Source of the DNA: Azolla caroliniana
Taxonomy: Eukaryota > Plantae > Polypodiophyta
Direction: 5' to 3'
NCBI GenBank assembly: GCA_043228905.1
Contig: JBHGNT010000004.1
Coordinates: 21,576,001-21,640,000, forward strand
Length of the DNA stretch: 64,000 nt
The notes below the pieces were generated by a model. The model was not told where the DNA came from. It ran no database searches and worked only from the letters and a program-made list of their open reading frames with translations. Made by a program: the position numbers and the translations under genes. The stretch's first letter is position 1; the number at the start of each line of letters is the position of its first letter. Positions 24,901 through 39,440 of the stretch are shown piece after piece.

Positions 24901-27900
24901 GGTGTATGATAGTTGGCATCGTCGGCCAAGAAAAGACAAGGGCGGAAGTGCGACTTCGAGCATGCGGAGTTCTTGGCCCGGACGAGGAAATCAGCGGAGC
25001 TGTGGAGACGGTCTCCTTCGACGACACCTTGGGAATGCTGAGGAAGGTAGCCAGAGAAGACCTTAACGAGGACCGGACGATACCAGTATGTTCCGAAGAG
25101 ATGTACGATGTCATCGCGAACTTCAGTCGGGGGCTCGAGTCGGATCGGACGGCCCGAGTTAGCACGAGGTACAAGACTGTGGACCGGAAGGTAAGGCCAG
25201 TCGCGGCACCCTTACCGGAGGGCAGCGAGTCCCAGATCAGAGGGGTTGCGTCGGACCCCAGTTTACGAGATCTGGCCTGCATAGGACACACCTTCACCAA
25301 CGGGACGCTCCGGGAGCTCAAAATTGGTGGGGGCGGGTTCCTACTGCCGGCGGAGGAAGACCGGTTTCGGAGGATGCTCGGAAGGCACGGGAAAGCCTTC
25401 GCATTCTCACCGGAAGAGATCGGGTGCGTAGACCCGACGATCGTGGAGCCGATGGTGATATTCACGGTACCGCATGTGCCGTGGAATCTCAAGCCGATTC
25501 CGGTACCGAGAGCTCACATCCCGAAGTTGTTGGAGCTATTGAGGCAGAAAGTAGATATGGGCATTCTTGAACCGTCGAGTGCCCCATACTCGAACCGATG
25601 GTTTACCATACTGAAGAAAAACGGAACATTGCGCCTCATTGAAGACCTGCAGCCGGTCAACAGAGTGACCATTCGGAACGCAGGAATCGGACCGACCATA
25701 GACGAGTTCGCAGAGGCCTTTGCCGGAAGGTCGATTTACTCGGTCGGTGATCTGTACTCAGGGTACGACCAGTTCCAGCTAGCCGTGGAGAGCAGAGACA
25801 TTACGACGATGCGAACTCCCCTCGGCCTAGTGCGAATGTGTACCCTGCCACAAGGAGGGACCAACTCGGTGGCCCACATGGTGAATGCAATGAACAAAGT
25901 ACTGAGGGATTGCATCCCGGACATCACCATGCCATTTCTGGACTACATCCCGATTAAGGGGTGCCTGGTGGAAGAGAAGGACGAGACACTCGGGCCGGAC
26001 GTATGCCGGCGATTCGTAGCAACACACATCGACGACTGCGAGAAGGTGCTACAAAGGCTAGAGGATGCGAGGCTCACCTTCTCCAGGGAGAAATCGGGCT
26101 TCGGGCAATCGGAAATCCTGGTGGTCGGACACCTATGTGGACCATATGGCCGGAAGCCATCGTCGGCAAAGGTAGAAGCCATCTCCGCGATGAAGACCGA
26201 CTGTAGCTCGGTTACGGAAGTTCGGAGGTTCCTGGGGGCATGCGCGTTCTACCACATATGGATCCTGCATTACGCCCACGTTGCGGAGCCACTATACGGG
26301 TTGCTGAAGAAGGGGCAAAGATTCCAGTGGCGAGACGAGCACACGGAGTCGGTCTGGAAGCTGAAGGAAGCTCTTGCGACAGCACCGGCGCTCCGGAAGG
26401 CTGTCTACGAGAAGGGTACCCCGGTATACATAACGGTGGATACGAGCCCGACCGGGATCGGATGGGTCGTCAACCAAGAAGACGAGGACGGCACCCGGTT
26501 CCCGATCCGATTCGGCGCTAAGGTCCTCAGTGAACGACAACGAGGGTACGCCCAGGTTCAACGCGAACTCTGGGGTATCGTTTCGGCAGTAAAGGCCAAC
26601 AAAGACTACCTGATCGGGACGGAAGTGATTATCGAGACGGATTGCCTGCCAATTCTCGGCATGGTTTCCGGATGCGCGACACTGGACCTGGCGATGCTCA
26701 GCTGGATAGCGTACCTCAAGTCCCTGGACCCGGAAATACGACACATTTCCGGAAAAGACAACGCCATGGCCGACATGCTTTCGAGGGCAAGGTTTGATGA
26801 CGAGGGCGGCATGGTTTCGGAGGACGAAGAAGTCGGCGTGGACTTCTTCGAGGCGGCGTACGTGACGACCGATGGGGCGAGCACTCCGACACTTAACGGC
26901 TTCGACGAGAGCAAGTATGACGGCGAGTGGTTGCAGATCGGTCGGTTTCTGAGGACAATGACGTCGGATGCGTCATGGACGAAGGACGAGGCCAACCGGA
27001 TCCTGAAGAAAGCTTACCGATTCTTTCTCCGGGACAGATACTTATGGAAGCACCCGAAGAAGAGGAACGACGTCCCGCTCCGGGTGGTGGCGATGAAGGA
27101 AGAACAGGAGGAGCTACTGACGGCCTACCACGATAACCCTTGGGTTGGACACCCTGGAACGTGGGCCACGTTCGAGAAGATAAAGGGGAAGTACTAGTGG
27201 CTGGGACTGTACCGGGACGTGCATCGGTTCGTGACAACTTGCGAGAGCTGTCAGATGCAGTCCATAGTCCAGCATCGGGACGAGCTTCACCCTACGTACC
27301 CTCCGACCATCCACTTCAAATGGATGGTAGATCTGGTGACGATGCCGATGGGCGTAGGGCAGATGCGAAATCTGGTCCTGGCTCGGGAAGATCTGACGAA
27401 CTAGGTGGAAGGCCGAGCCCTTCAGAACAAAACAACCGCGGCCGTATGTCGATTCCTGATCGAGGACCTCATTGCCAGTACGGGTGCGTCGGGAAGATCG
27501 TGGCTGATCGCGGGGAGTTGGACGCCGAAGAGGCCGAGGAGTTGTTCGACCGGCTAGGAGTCAAGCTCTCGCTTACCACTGCGTACAATCCGGAGGCGAA
27601 TGAAAAGGTGTAGCGCGGACATGGACCGATTGTCAAGGCGTTAGTTCGGGCATGCGGAGGTCGAGTCGGGAACTGGCCGCGGCTGCTGCCTTACGCGGTG
27701 TGGGCGGACCGAACTACGCACAGTTCGGTAACCGGGTTCATGCCGGCAGAACTCATGATTGGGCAGAAGCCAGTCATGCCGATGGAACGTACGATCTCCT
27801 CGTGGGCAACCGTGGACTAGAGAGACGAGATGAGCCGGGAAGAACTGCTGGCGGCGCGTATACGACAGCTCGAGCGAAGACCGGAGGACGTGGAGCAGGC

Positions 27901-28977
27901 TGCAGAAAAGCTTCGGGAAGCAAGGATGAGGAACAAAGCCCGGTTCGACCGAATGCACCGGCTCCGACCGAAGAAGATCGAGGAAGGCGATTGGATGCTA
28001 GTCTACGACAACAGCCTCGACAACCAGCACCGAGTGACACGGAAGTTCGCAAGAAGGTGGTTCGGGCCTTACGTGGTACAAAGCGCCAACGACAACGAGA
28101 CGTACCATCTGGCGGAACTCGACGGCACGAGAATGGTGGTACCGGTAGCTGGGAAGCGGATCAAAACGTTCAAGAAACGTCACGACGACGAGCCGGATCC
28201 GAATAACCTGGACCGGGACGACGAACGATCCGAAACCGAAGAAGAACCGACAAGCGGGGAATAAAGGCTGGACCGGTTTTCTCCGTCCCAACTCAATTTG
28301 GGGCATGCCGGTGGATGCGCGGTTAGGTGGGGGCGGATGTCGTGAAGAAAACCGTCCACAAGCGGAATCGGTGCACCGGAGCGTAGGAACCGGCTCTTCA
28401 TGCACGTGCGCCTTATGTAGTACATAGGAGATCCTAGGCGGGCAGATTCGGTAGGTAGGAAGTAAGGGGGAAACGGCTCCTTCCTTGCCTATAAAAGGAG
28501 GAAGACGAGGAGGGAAAAGGGATCGCGGAGAGTCGAGGACGAAGTGCTGTCGGTTTGCGTGCGAAGGCTTCTCTCTCTCTCTCTGGTTCGGAAACTCCGT
28601 AGCTTCCTTCTGTGCAGGTTTCGGGAGGCTCGCGCTGCTCTAAGGAATGCCCGAGTGCTTCCGGCAGCACCTCCAACCTGTTCCTGTCTTTCTGTGCGTT
28701 TACGAACAGACATCGGCATCTGTTCGCCGGCCTGTTTGGTTGTAACCGACTTCGTGTTTTTGTAGCTTCCGTGTTCTTGTTGTTGCCTTTGTTAATACAT
28801 ACATACATTCGTGTCTCTCTGTGTCGCTGTCCCACTCGAGTCTTTGTGTCGAAGGGCCGTGTCCCTATGAATCTACGCTCGCACGTAGTGGGTCTCTTGT
28901 CCTTTCTCTCTTGCTCTTCGGTACAGGACCCCTGAGGTCCCGCCTCATTCCACGCATCCGCGAGGAATACCTCGACA
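21991..28977 (+). mobile_element. Trp-primed gypsy element F, sister of C (LTRs 21991-22630, 28338-28977)
   Basis: Exact TSD ACGT; PBS 22635-22652; gag-PR ORF 23026-24801; pol ORF 24906-27197 plus integrase fragments to 28264. Confidence 0.95.
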
Positions 28978-31900
28978 ACGTATGCGAGACACCCGAACAC
29001 CTTCAGATGCCGGTAGGACACTTCCTTACCGGTCCACACCTTTTGCGGCGTGTCTCCATCCAAGGGCACTGAGGGTGATCTATTTATCACATACATCGTT
29101 GTCGACAGCGCCTCAGCCCAAAATGTCTTGGGTAGCTTAGCATATGCTAGCATACTCCGGACCCTCTCCATTATGGTCCGGTTCATCCTCTCGGCCAACC
29201 CATTTAGTTCCGGCGTCTTCGGCATGGTAAATTCGAGCCGGATTCCCTTTGCTAAATTTCATGACTCCATTCCAGATGCTACCCGTGTAGCCTTCATCAT
29301 CTAGCCGACCGGCTGATATCAGGTTAAGTTGAACCTCCGGAACGTGTCGGACATCCTTCAGCAGCATCTTGCATCCGGTTGGTGTTGTCAACCACACGTC
29401 TCCTATGCCGACAATTCGGCATGTACCTTCATTCCCCATCCGGACACAGTCGTGATCACCAATTGTGTAGGATGAGAAGCATTTCCGGTCCGGGGTAAGG
29501 TGGAACGACGCTCCGGAATCGACAACCCACGTTGTCTCGTCACCGGCAAGGTTCAACTCACTCTCCTCGGTGATGAGCATTAACTCTTCTTCACTTGCCG
29601 CGATTGTCGTCGTTCCCTTCCGGTCCGGTCCCCTCCGATCTTTACCGTTCCGTTCCGGTGTCCGCTTCGAATCGGTACCGTCGGTTTCCTTGTCTTTTCG
29701 GAAGTGCCGACAGTTCTTCTGGAAGTGACCCGGCTTTCCACAATAAAAGCAAGTAGGCCTCCCCCTTGACTTTGACCATGTCCCCGACTTTTTCCGGTTC
29801 TGGGAACTACGATTCCTTTGTCTTCCGCATTCTGATTGAGTAAGGAGCGCTTTGGATTCGGAGCTCGTATCCTTGTCTTTCCGACGCGCCTCCTCATCTA
29901 GGAAGCTCAACTTCACTCTTGCTAGGGATAACCGTTTCCCTTCCGGCCCGACATTGCCCAAAGTGACAACTAACGTCTCCCAGCTATCGGGGAGGGAACC
30001 GAGCAGGAGTAGTGCTAGTACCTCATCGGTGAGAGGTACTTCCAATGATGTTGCCTGGTGGATCAGCCTCTGGAAGGCATTCATGTGCTCCACCATGCTG
30101 GAGCCATCTTGATATCGGAGTCTTACTAGCTTCCGAAATACTGAAACCTGATTAACAACATTTTTGTTCTGAAACATAATGTCGATCTTCTCCCAGAGCT
30201 CATGAGCCTTCCTCTCTTCTTTGAAGTTGTTGTATAGGCTCATGTCGATGAAGCACCGTATGTACGCTGTTGTCTACAGTGCATCACCTCCCATATCGTG
30301 GCATCGATCTTGTCCGGTCTCTCGTTGTCTTCAAGTACACAAAACAGAAAGAGAATACACAGGATATTAACGTGGAAAACCCTGAGAGGGAAAAACCATG
30401 GGAGTGCATAGACTCCAAACTATCATTATGTCAAGTAATACAATAGGGAGCACAGAGGCAAGGATCTCTTGCTCAGAATCTTCGCCTAGCAGCGGTTACA
30501 ACAGACATAATCTCTGTATATCGCTCTCTCTCTCACTCTTACGCACTGTACAGAAGTTACACCAATAACTCTATAATTAATTTATTGAGTTTGCCCTAGG
30601 TCATATTTATACTAATATGACTTTCGGGCTATTTACAAATATAGCCCCAGTGGGCTCTCTGGAACATATTTACATATATGTCCCTTCCATCCGATGAGAG
30701 GTTCTCACCGGGCCTGCAACATACGGTTCTCACCGAGTCTTCCTTGCCAGGTACTCGTCATCCGGTTCTCACCCGGTCTTCCTTGCCTGGTACTCGTCAT
30801 CCGGTTCTCACCGGGTCTGCATCATTCGGTTCTCACCAGGTCTTCCGATGTCGGGCCTTCGTATCCCATCCGGAGGGACCGAGATCCTAACAGTCCGGAG
30901 GCTAAAACGAACGCTCACCGCGGCACCAGCTTTACGCAAAGCGGAATACGCACCGGGAACTCCGGTCTACATCACGGTGGACACCAGCCCGACCGGGATC
31001 GGATGGGTCGTGAATCAAGAGGACGAAGACGACACGCATTTCCCTATCCGGTTCAGTGCGAAGGTACTGAGTGAGCGACAACGAGGCTACGCCCAAGTCA
31101 AGCGCGAGCTATGGGGTATCGTTTCGGCGGTTAAGGTCGATAAAGACTACCTAATCGGGACAGAAGTGATCATAGAAATGGACTGCCTGCCGATTCTTGG
31201 TATGGTCTCCGGATGCGCAACTCCCGACCTGGCCATGCTTTGGTGGATTGCGTACATCAAGTCCCTGAACCCGGAGATACGACACATCTCGGGTAAGGAC
31301 AACGCCATGGCCGACATGCTTTCTAGAGCAAGGTTCGAGGATTAGGACGGCATGGTATTAGAGAACGAAGAAGTCGGCGCGGACTTCTTCGAATCAACAA
31401 GGATGAGGATAAAAGGGCGAAGCGCTCCGCCCCTGAACGAGTTCGACGAAGACGACTACGACGAGGAATGACTTCTAATCGGAAGGTTTCTAAAAACAAT
31501 GACGGTGGATGCCTCGATGACTAGGGAGGAGGCGGGACAGCTCCAAAAAAGGGCATACCGATACTTCCTACCGAACAGAAAGATCTGGAGGGTCCCAAAG
31601 AGGCGGAACGAAAGCCATTGGTCTAGAGTTCCACGAAAGCCATTGGTCTGGACACCGGGGTACATGGGCCACATTCGAGAAGATAAAGCAGAAATATTGG
31701 TGGCCGAGTATATATAAGAGCGTGCACGACTTCGTGTCCACGTGCGAAAGCTACCAGATGCCCTCGGTGGTTCGACACCGCGATGAGCTGCACCCAACCT
31801 ACCCCCTGGCCGTGCACTTCAAATGGATGGTCGACTTAGTAACCATACCGATGGGAGAGGGTCAGAAGCAATACCTGGTGATGGCTAGAGAAGACCTAAC

Positions 31901-34900
31901 GAACCAGGTAGAGGGCCAAGCACTAACGAACAAGACCACCGCGACAGTATGTAAGTTTCTGATAGAAGATGTCATATGCCGATATGGGTGCGTGGGAAAA
32001 ATCGTGGCTGACCAAGGTGAGGTAGACACGGAAGAGGCTGAGGAACTGTTCAATCAGTTAGGCGTAAAACTATCCCTCACGACGGCGTACAACCCAGAGG
32101 CAAACGGAAAGATTGAGTGGGGCCACGGTCCGATCGTAAAAGCCATTGTACGCGCGTGCGAAGGACGAGTCGGCGACTGGCCGAGGCTGCTCCCTTACGC
32201 GCTATGGGCAGACAGGACCACCCACAGTTCGGTGACGGGGTACATGCCGGCGGAACTAATGTTTGGATAGAAACCCATCATGCTAGTAGAGCGGACGATC
32301 GCCTCGTGGACGGAGATCAATTGGGCCAACGAAATGAGCCGAGAAGAATTGCTTGTGGCCCGAATCCAGCAACTCGAACGAAGGCCAGAAGACGTGGAGC
32401 GGGCCACGGCCAAGGTGAAAGAAGTGAGGATCCGGAGCAAGGCCCGGTTCGACCGGAGACACCGGCTCCGACCAAGGAAGATCAAGGAAGGCGATTGGGT
32501 GTTAGTCTACGACAACAACCTCGACAACTAGCATAGATCTACGCGTAAGTTTGCAAAGCGATGGTTCGGGCCATACGTGGTAATTAGCGTCAACGATAAC
32601 GCGATGTATAATCTCGCGGAGCTCGACGGGACTTGAATGACGACTCTAGTGGCCGGGAAGTGGATAAAGGCCTTCAAAAGACGGAGTGAGGCAGAACCGG
32701 ACCCAAGAGCCGAAATCACCAGTTCATAAGGGGAGGATGAGTAGCAGATGGCCCAGAATCGCTCAATAAAATTGTTGCTCGGCACATAATGGAGTATGTG
32801 TGGTTTAGTGGGGGTGGATGTCGTGAGGATTCAAGACCATCGGTAGAAACAATGTGAAACGCGTGGGAGCACTGGTGTGCACGAGTGCACACCCCTAGTG
32901 AATTAGATAGTGTAAGTAATAGGCATAGGAAAAGGGAGGTGTACTAGGTAGTTAAAGCATTAATAGGGATTCAAACATTGCGTAAGTAAGGAGAGTTACG
33001 AGGAGAGCGAATCAGGGGGGAGGAAAATTTAGGAAGTTAAAGCGACAAGGCCATGAATGCTCTGTAACGGTCGCTCCTTGTGCTATAAAAGGGGCGACCC
33101 TCGACTGTTTTGGGGGATGTCATTTTTTAGAGAGAGGAGAAAGGAAAAAGAGACCAAAGAAGGCGACGAGTCCTATGACGTGCGACCAAAAGGTGCTTCC
33201 TCTGCTCACGTCAGACGCCCGAGTGCTCCCGACCAGGGGATCGATCTTCTGTGTGCCCACTCATCTCCGTATCTGACTACTGTAGAGCCTACGCTCGAAC
33301 ACCGGCACTAATCCGGTTGTAATCACCCACAGCGCCACGCACATATATTGATTAAGAGAAGCTTATCCACCTAACGCAAGTTATTCTTAGCATATCTGTC
33401 TACACCTGTGTCTACGCACGTTCCTCTTACACTATATCTCTCTCGTTTCGCTAATCTTTTCTGTTTAAACCGCGGTCTCAAGGCTCACGTAAACCACAGA
33501 CTCTTCCTCCTCACTTCTCGATTCCTTGGTTCAAGACCCCCGTGGTCCTGCCCAACTTCTACGCATCCGCGAGGATTTCCTCGACAACGTGCAAGGATTC
33601 CATCTCCTCTTGCATCGCGTTCAACCATTTTTCTCTGCTCTTGTTGGCAATGGCTTCTTCATAGTACTCCGGTTCACCGTCATCAGTTAAGAGGATGTAT
33701 TGACTGGCATATGTAGTCGGTGCCTTCCTTTCTCTGAGTGGGTACCTTCGTCCACTCGTTGTTGGCTCTATTTTAGATGTCTCTACCCACTCTTCTCTTT
33801 GCTCAGGATTCTACTCACCAATCGGCATCTCCAGGTTGGACAACTCCAACTCATATTCCTCAATTGATTTTAGCATGTCTGCCGACTTTGACTCATAGTC
33901 TGTCAGTCTTTCCGAGTCGACCGATTCGGATTTGGCTGTGACGTCCACATGTCTCCTTACAACTATCGGTGACGACTCACTTGGCCTTAAGTCGATGGTA
34001 GTTGAGGTTAACTGGGGAATCGGTTCTGACTTCTGTTGCTTCCAGTCTTCAATTGTCTTATCTTCAAGAAAGACTACATCTCGACTTCTCACTACCTTCC
34101 TATCGACTAAGTCCCACAACCTATAGCCAAACTCATCTTCGGAGTATCCCATGAATATGCATGCTTTCGACTTGCTGTCGAGCTTTGACCTCTGATCCTT
34201 TGGTACATGCATATACACCAAGCATCGGAACACCCTCAGGTGTTGGTAGGAGACATCCTTCCCTATCCACACCCTTTGAGGGACATCACCCTTTAATGGC
34301 ACTGAGGGAGACCTGTTGATCATATAAACAACTGTGTACATCGCCTCAGCCCAATAGGATTTCGGCAGTTTCGCATGAGAGAGCATGCTCCTTACTCTCT
34401 CCATGATCGTTCGATTCATCCTCTCTGCAAGCCCGTTTAATTCTGGGGTCTTTGGCACTATGTATTCGATCCAAATACCTTGGCACTTGCAATATTCCTC
34501 GAATTGCCCTCTATACTCACCACCGTTGTCGGTCCAGACAACCTTCAGTTTCCGACCCGACTCTCTTTTGGTTCTTGCCTAGAACTCCTTGAAAACCGGC
34601 AGTACTTGATCCTTCGACTTTAGTACGAAGGCCCATGTCTTCCGACTATAGCCGTCAATGAACGTTACAAAGTATTGTCCTCCTCAATGCGATGGAGCAT
34701 CCACATAGCACACATCCGTGTGTACTAGTTCCAGTGCAACATCTCTTCTCCTCGGTGGTCTTGTGTGGAATGTCGTCCTGTTTTGCTTTCCGGCTAAGTA
34801 GTCAACACACTTCTCCAGGTGTGCTCCCTTGACTTCTGGTAGAAGTTTCTAGTCGGCTAACAAGTGCATTCCCTTCTCACTCATGTGGCCTAGCCTCTTA

Positions 34901-37900
34901 TGCCATATCTCCCCTGTCGAGTCGGCTGCCACGTTTACTTCCAATTTGCATAGTTGGGCATGCATAGTATACAATGTGCCTTCTTTCTATGCTCGGGCCA
35001 CTATAAGATTTCCTTGGCAGAACTTCCACTTGCCATTCCGAAAACTACCACTGTAGCCTTCGTCATCAATCCATCCAGTTGATATCAGATTCAAACTGAT
35101 ATCAGGGACGAGTTGAACATCCTTCAACGTCAGTCGACACCATGTTGACGTCGTTAAGCATACACTTTCGACTCCGGTTATCTTGCACTCTCCACTATCA
35201 CCCATCTTTACATAGCCATGATCTCCATCGATATAAGTCGAGAAATACTCTCTCGACGGAGTAATATGGAAGGATGCGCTGGAGTCGATCACCCACGTGC
35301 AATCTTCACTCATAAGATTTACACTTGTCTTTTCACAAGTGAACAAGAGTTCTTCATTGCTCGTATCAATGGCCAAACTGTTCTTTTCATCCGGAATCTT
35401 CCGGGGTTCGACATTGTTTCCAACACTCTTTTCTTTCTTCATGTGTCGGCAATCCTTCTGGAAGTGTCCAGGTTTTCCACAATAAAAGCAGACATGCTTA
35501 CCTCTGGACTTCGATTTGGCGTGGGATTTGTCCGTTCGCAACTGACTTCTTCTTCGCCGGTCCTTTCCTCTGTCCATATCTTGAGTCAGATTCGACTCCG
35601 TTTGGGATAGGACTCCTTTGTAATTCCTCCTTGCCTCCTCGTTTAAGATGCTTATCTTCACCGTTGTCGTAGTGTAATTCGCACACTACGTGAAAAATTA
35701 CAATTTTGGTCTCTCCGGATAGGACATGGAGTACCCGGTGAGAACCGGAAGAAGGAACCGGTAAGGACCGAAACCAGTAAGGAGACCCGACAAGAGCCGG
35801 ATGAAGAAGGCCAGTGAGAGTCGGTGAGAAATGGACGAAGAGATCGGTAAGGAGGTCCCGGTAAGAACCGGACAAAGAAAACTAGCAAGCACCGGTTGAA
35901 GCAGAACCGAAAAGAGCCGGATGAAGAAGGCCGGTGAGAGTCTCTCACCGAATGAAGAGACATATTTGTAAATAGAAGAAAGTATACAAATATATTACAT
36001 GCATAGGGCAAGATTCGAACCTTGCACCTCCATGTGAATAATGTTAAGCCTTATCATTATACTAGCGTATTATGAATTTTAAAGTTATACTAAACCTTAT
36101 CCCATGTAAAATTTCTAGACATGCATGGTACAAAAAGTGTCGAGTTAAAAGAAAAGATGAGATAGAAAGCTAATCATGCACATCCAGTGTGCATGAAAAC
36201 TAAAGATAGGAAAAGCATGATGCTTGCATGTGATAAACTTAGACTCTTCCAACACTATATAAGGAAGAGAGAAAGATGTATAGAGGTTGTTGATTATTTT
36301 ACAAGGGTAGATTAATATAATATAATCGTGGGATTCACGAATTTGCTAACCATTTTTCTCTCTTAATTTGATTACTCACTAATGCACTATACTCGTAGGA
36401 TTCACAAGTTTTTCATATCTTTCTTTCTTACAATATATTTCATATTCTTAATTGCCTGAGAATTTTCTTTCCTCCTAGTCCAAAACCCCAGCGGTTCCCA
36501 CCCGACTCACGCAACGATCCGGAGCCGTAAGGCACGACACAAGTGGTGAACACGACGTGAAAACGGGTGGCAAGGAGATGGAAAATCAACCGGAGGCTAA
36601 CAACATGATGATGATGTTCGAGCGGATGCTTCAGGAACAACGTGCGATGTCGGAGATAGCGACGGCAATAGAGCGGCTCGTGCAACGAATAGGGCAATTC
36701 AACGGAAAGGACGTATCACGCTATCTTCGGGACTACAAGGCGGAAATGCTACAGTGCGGGATTTCGGAAGGGCTGCAAGTGGCATCCTTCAACCGGGTGG
36801 CTACCGACGGGCTTCAAGCAAGTATCCACGGGCTACGACAACAAAATCCGACGTGGGAAGCGTTTGAAGAGGCGCTAAAGACCACGTTCGCTATCGAGGA
36901 CTCCTCCAAGGCAATGCGGAGAGGATTCGAGGATTGGGTAGAAACGTCGGACAAGGGGATGAAGGTCCTCGATGTGTTTTCGGCATTTGAAAGTCGGTTC
37001 CGGAGGTTGTCTGCGAAAGATCAAGCTATCCTTGCACCGGACAAAGTTATCATGTTCTTACAAGCCGTAGACGTTCGGGACCGGAAGGATCTTGGAGTGC
37101 TTCTAGAGGACATGAATACCGAGAGTGGCCTCACTGAGACATGGGAAAGCATGCGGGATATCGTCGCACGATACACAAAGAGGGGGCAATGGGTTGCCAA
37201 CGAAGAAAAGAGGGTTTCGGAACCGAGATCCGGATCGGAAGACCATCAACCGCGGGCTCGGGAAGCTATGACTGAGAAGGAAATCGACGCAACTACAGTG
37301 GAGCAGTTGCTGAAGGAGATGGAGAATCTAAAAATCGCGATGGTGAAGAAGTCGGATGATTGTCCCACAAGTTCCAAGTATATGGACCGTCGATGCATAT
37401 GGTGCGATAGCACCGAACATGATCGGAGGGATTGCGACGAGCACAAGGAGGCGTTATGACGGGATCTTATCTACTACGAGGGAAATCAGATTCATTCAAT
37501 GGACTCTCGAAAGCCACTCCAACCGAACTTCCAGAAAGGCGGCATGAAGAAGATCCTAGAGGAGGAAATAGCGACGAAGAACAATTACGCGACAACCGCG
37601 GGAATACGTGTCGGGGAGTCATCAGGAGCAAAGGTGTCTTTTTGGCCAGAAGTGCAAGAAAACACCGAGAAAACCGACTCTAACGAGATCCGAAGCACCG
37701 CGGAAGGCATCCGGGAAGCTACGGGATGGGAGTGCCCCATCGATAAGAATAGCGTGTTTGCTTTATGCCAATTGCATGAAGTGTATGTAGATGAGAAGCG
37801 ACGGCGCACGGATGAGGCGGCCGGTCCATCGAAGACACCGGAAAGCTGGAACTTCGGAGGTAAGGGAAAAGAAAAGATGATTCCGGCATTCAAGCTCGCC

Positions 37901-39099
37901 TCAGACATCGAACAACAAACGGACTTGAAAAAGGTGTTCGAGGAGAGAATCCTCGATAGCCGGGTAGATTTTTCGCTTCGAGAATTACTCGGAATAGCGA
38001 AGGAGTTCCACGATCTTCTTGTGGATCTCGTGAAGAGAAAAAGGCAAAGTACGGAGGAGAACGCTCCAAGGGTGAATGCAAATACCGTTCTAATGAATGA
38101 CACCGAATTGGAGGACGAAATACCGAATTCTCACTACACAAAGCCACACTGGGCACACACAACTACGGACACTCCGGTCCGAATTGGTAACATCAAAGAA
38201 CCCGTGCTAGCTTTGATTGATCACGGATCGGAGATCAACTTGATGTCCAAGGAATTCTATCGGAAGGGTAAGTGGCCTATTAACACGAATCATGGGTGGA
38301 AGATCCGGGCGGCCACTAAAGCAACGGAAGATCTATTTGCGGCTTGTCCGGATGTGACGGTGAAGATCGGGGATGTCGAGATTGACCAAAATTTCTTCGT
38401 ACAAGACGAGGTCTCACACTCCGTGATCCTCGGGCAACCTTTTATCACGACATCATGGATGGAGACGAAGGTGCTCGATAGTGGTGCGGCTTTTGCGCGA
38501 ATTCGGAGCCAAAACGGAGGGAAATCCATCCAATTCCTAACGGTTCCAGCAAATCATGAAAGGAATAAGAGAGAGCTCTTGTCCCAAACAAGAATTGATT
38601 TTTAGAGCGGACTGTTGTGGAGTGGAGAAGTGATAGTCCGAGAAGCCCTGATACCCCACACAGGAAGAAACCTCTCAGTGCAAAACAAGCATGAATCGGT
38701 TCGAATGGGGCATCCACGTACACAGCTGTAACCGGAGGAATGAAGAAAGAATACCGAAAAGTGGAGGATAAGTTACGGTCGGCATCAATAATAAAAGAAG
38801 ACGAAGAAATCGTGGGAATAGTCGAAGAGGTGTTCTATGGGAGCACACTACAACAGCTTGAAGAGCTCACGGAAGATACAAGCCAGGGAAACCAGGTAAT
38901 TCCGGTGGAGTCGGTCGAGATGTACGAGATCATTGTGAAAATGAGGCCGGATGCACTCCGCAAAGAAGAAGCAATGGTAAGTACGAAATACAAGACTGTG
39001 GAGAAGAAAGTGAAACCGTCCGCGGGACCGTTACCCGCAAATAGCGAACAAAAGAGGAAAGAAGTCTTGGGGGATCCGACACTTCGGAAGTCCATGGAT

Positions 39100-39440
39100 T
39101 GTTATGGGTGGGGGGTGGAGCCAAGATTGGCTCCACCCCCCTCCCAAGGGGGTTCGAGTGTTAGAGGAGAGAGGGAGAGATGAGATGCACAGAGAGAACG
39201 AATGAGAGAGAGAGAGAGAGAGAGAATCGAGACAAACACAGTTTGTGGGTAACTTCAATATTCCATATTTTCATGCCCCATGTGTGAGGATTTATATAAG
39301 ATCTTTACAAAATGCCGAATGGACGTAGGTACACCTACTTACCTCACCTAACACTCACACACTCACACATTCACATTTCCTATTCCACATTACACCTTTC
39401 ACATTACATTTAACCCTCTCGTATACCTATACGGGTAACA
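39100..39440 (-). mobile_element. Solo LTR I (341 bp)
   Basis: TGTTA...TAACA; exact 5-bp TSD TGGAT; strand inferred from TATA and CT-repeat orientation. Confidence 0.85.

Larger units (their letters stand above)
18933..30892 (-). mobile_element. Ty1/copia element E inside B (3' LTR 18933-19519; truncated 5' LTR ~30333-30892)
   Basis: TSD GTCTG/GTCCG; PPT AGGGGGAGCT at 19520-19529; RNase H (YCDSQSAI, HSRTKHI), RT, integrase and gag (29137-30243) motifs; PBS deleted. Confidence 0.9.
4073..33586 (+). mobile_element. Trp-primed Ty3/gypsy element B, full length and degraded (LTRs 4073-4862 and 32819-33586)
   Basis: Paired LTRs TGTCG...CGACA; PBS 4867-4884; gag-PR to 6934; pol pieces 6935-8387, 18848-18932, 30893-32750; flanks GTGT/ACGT. 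Confidence 0.92.

Noticed and set aside
12141-28935. Many antisense and alternate-frame ORFs repeated in C and F
   Set aside because: Shadow ORFs of GC-rich gag-pol and LTR sequence; they recur because the elements are close relatives.
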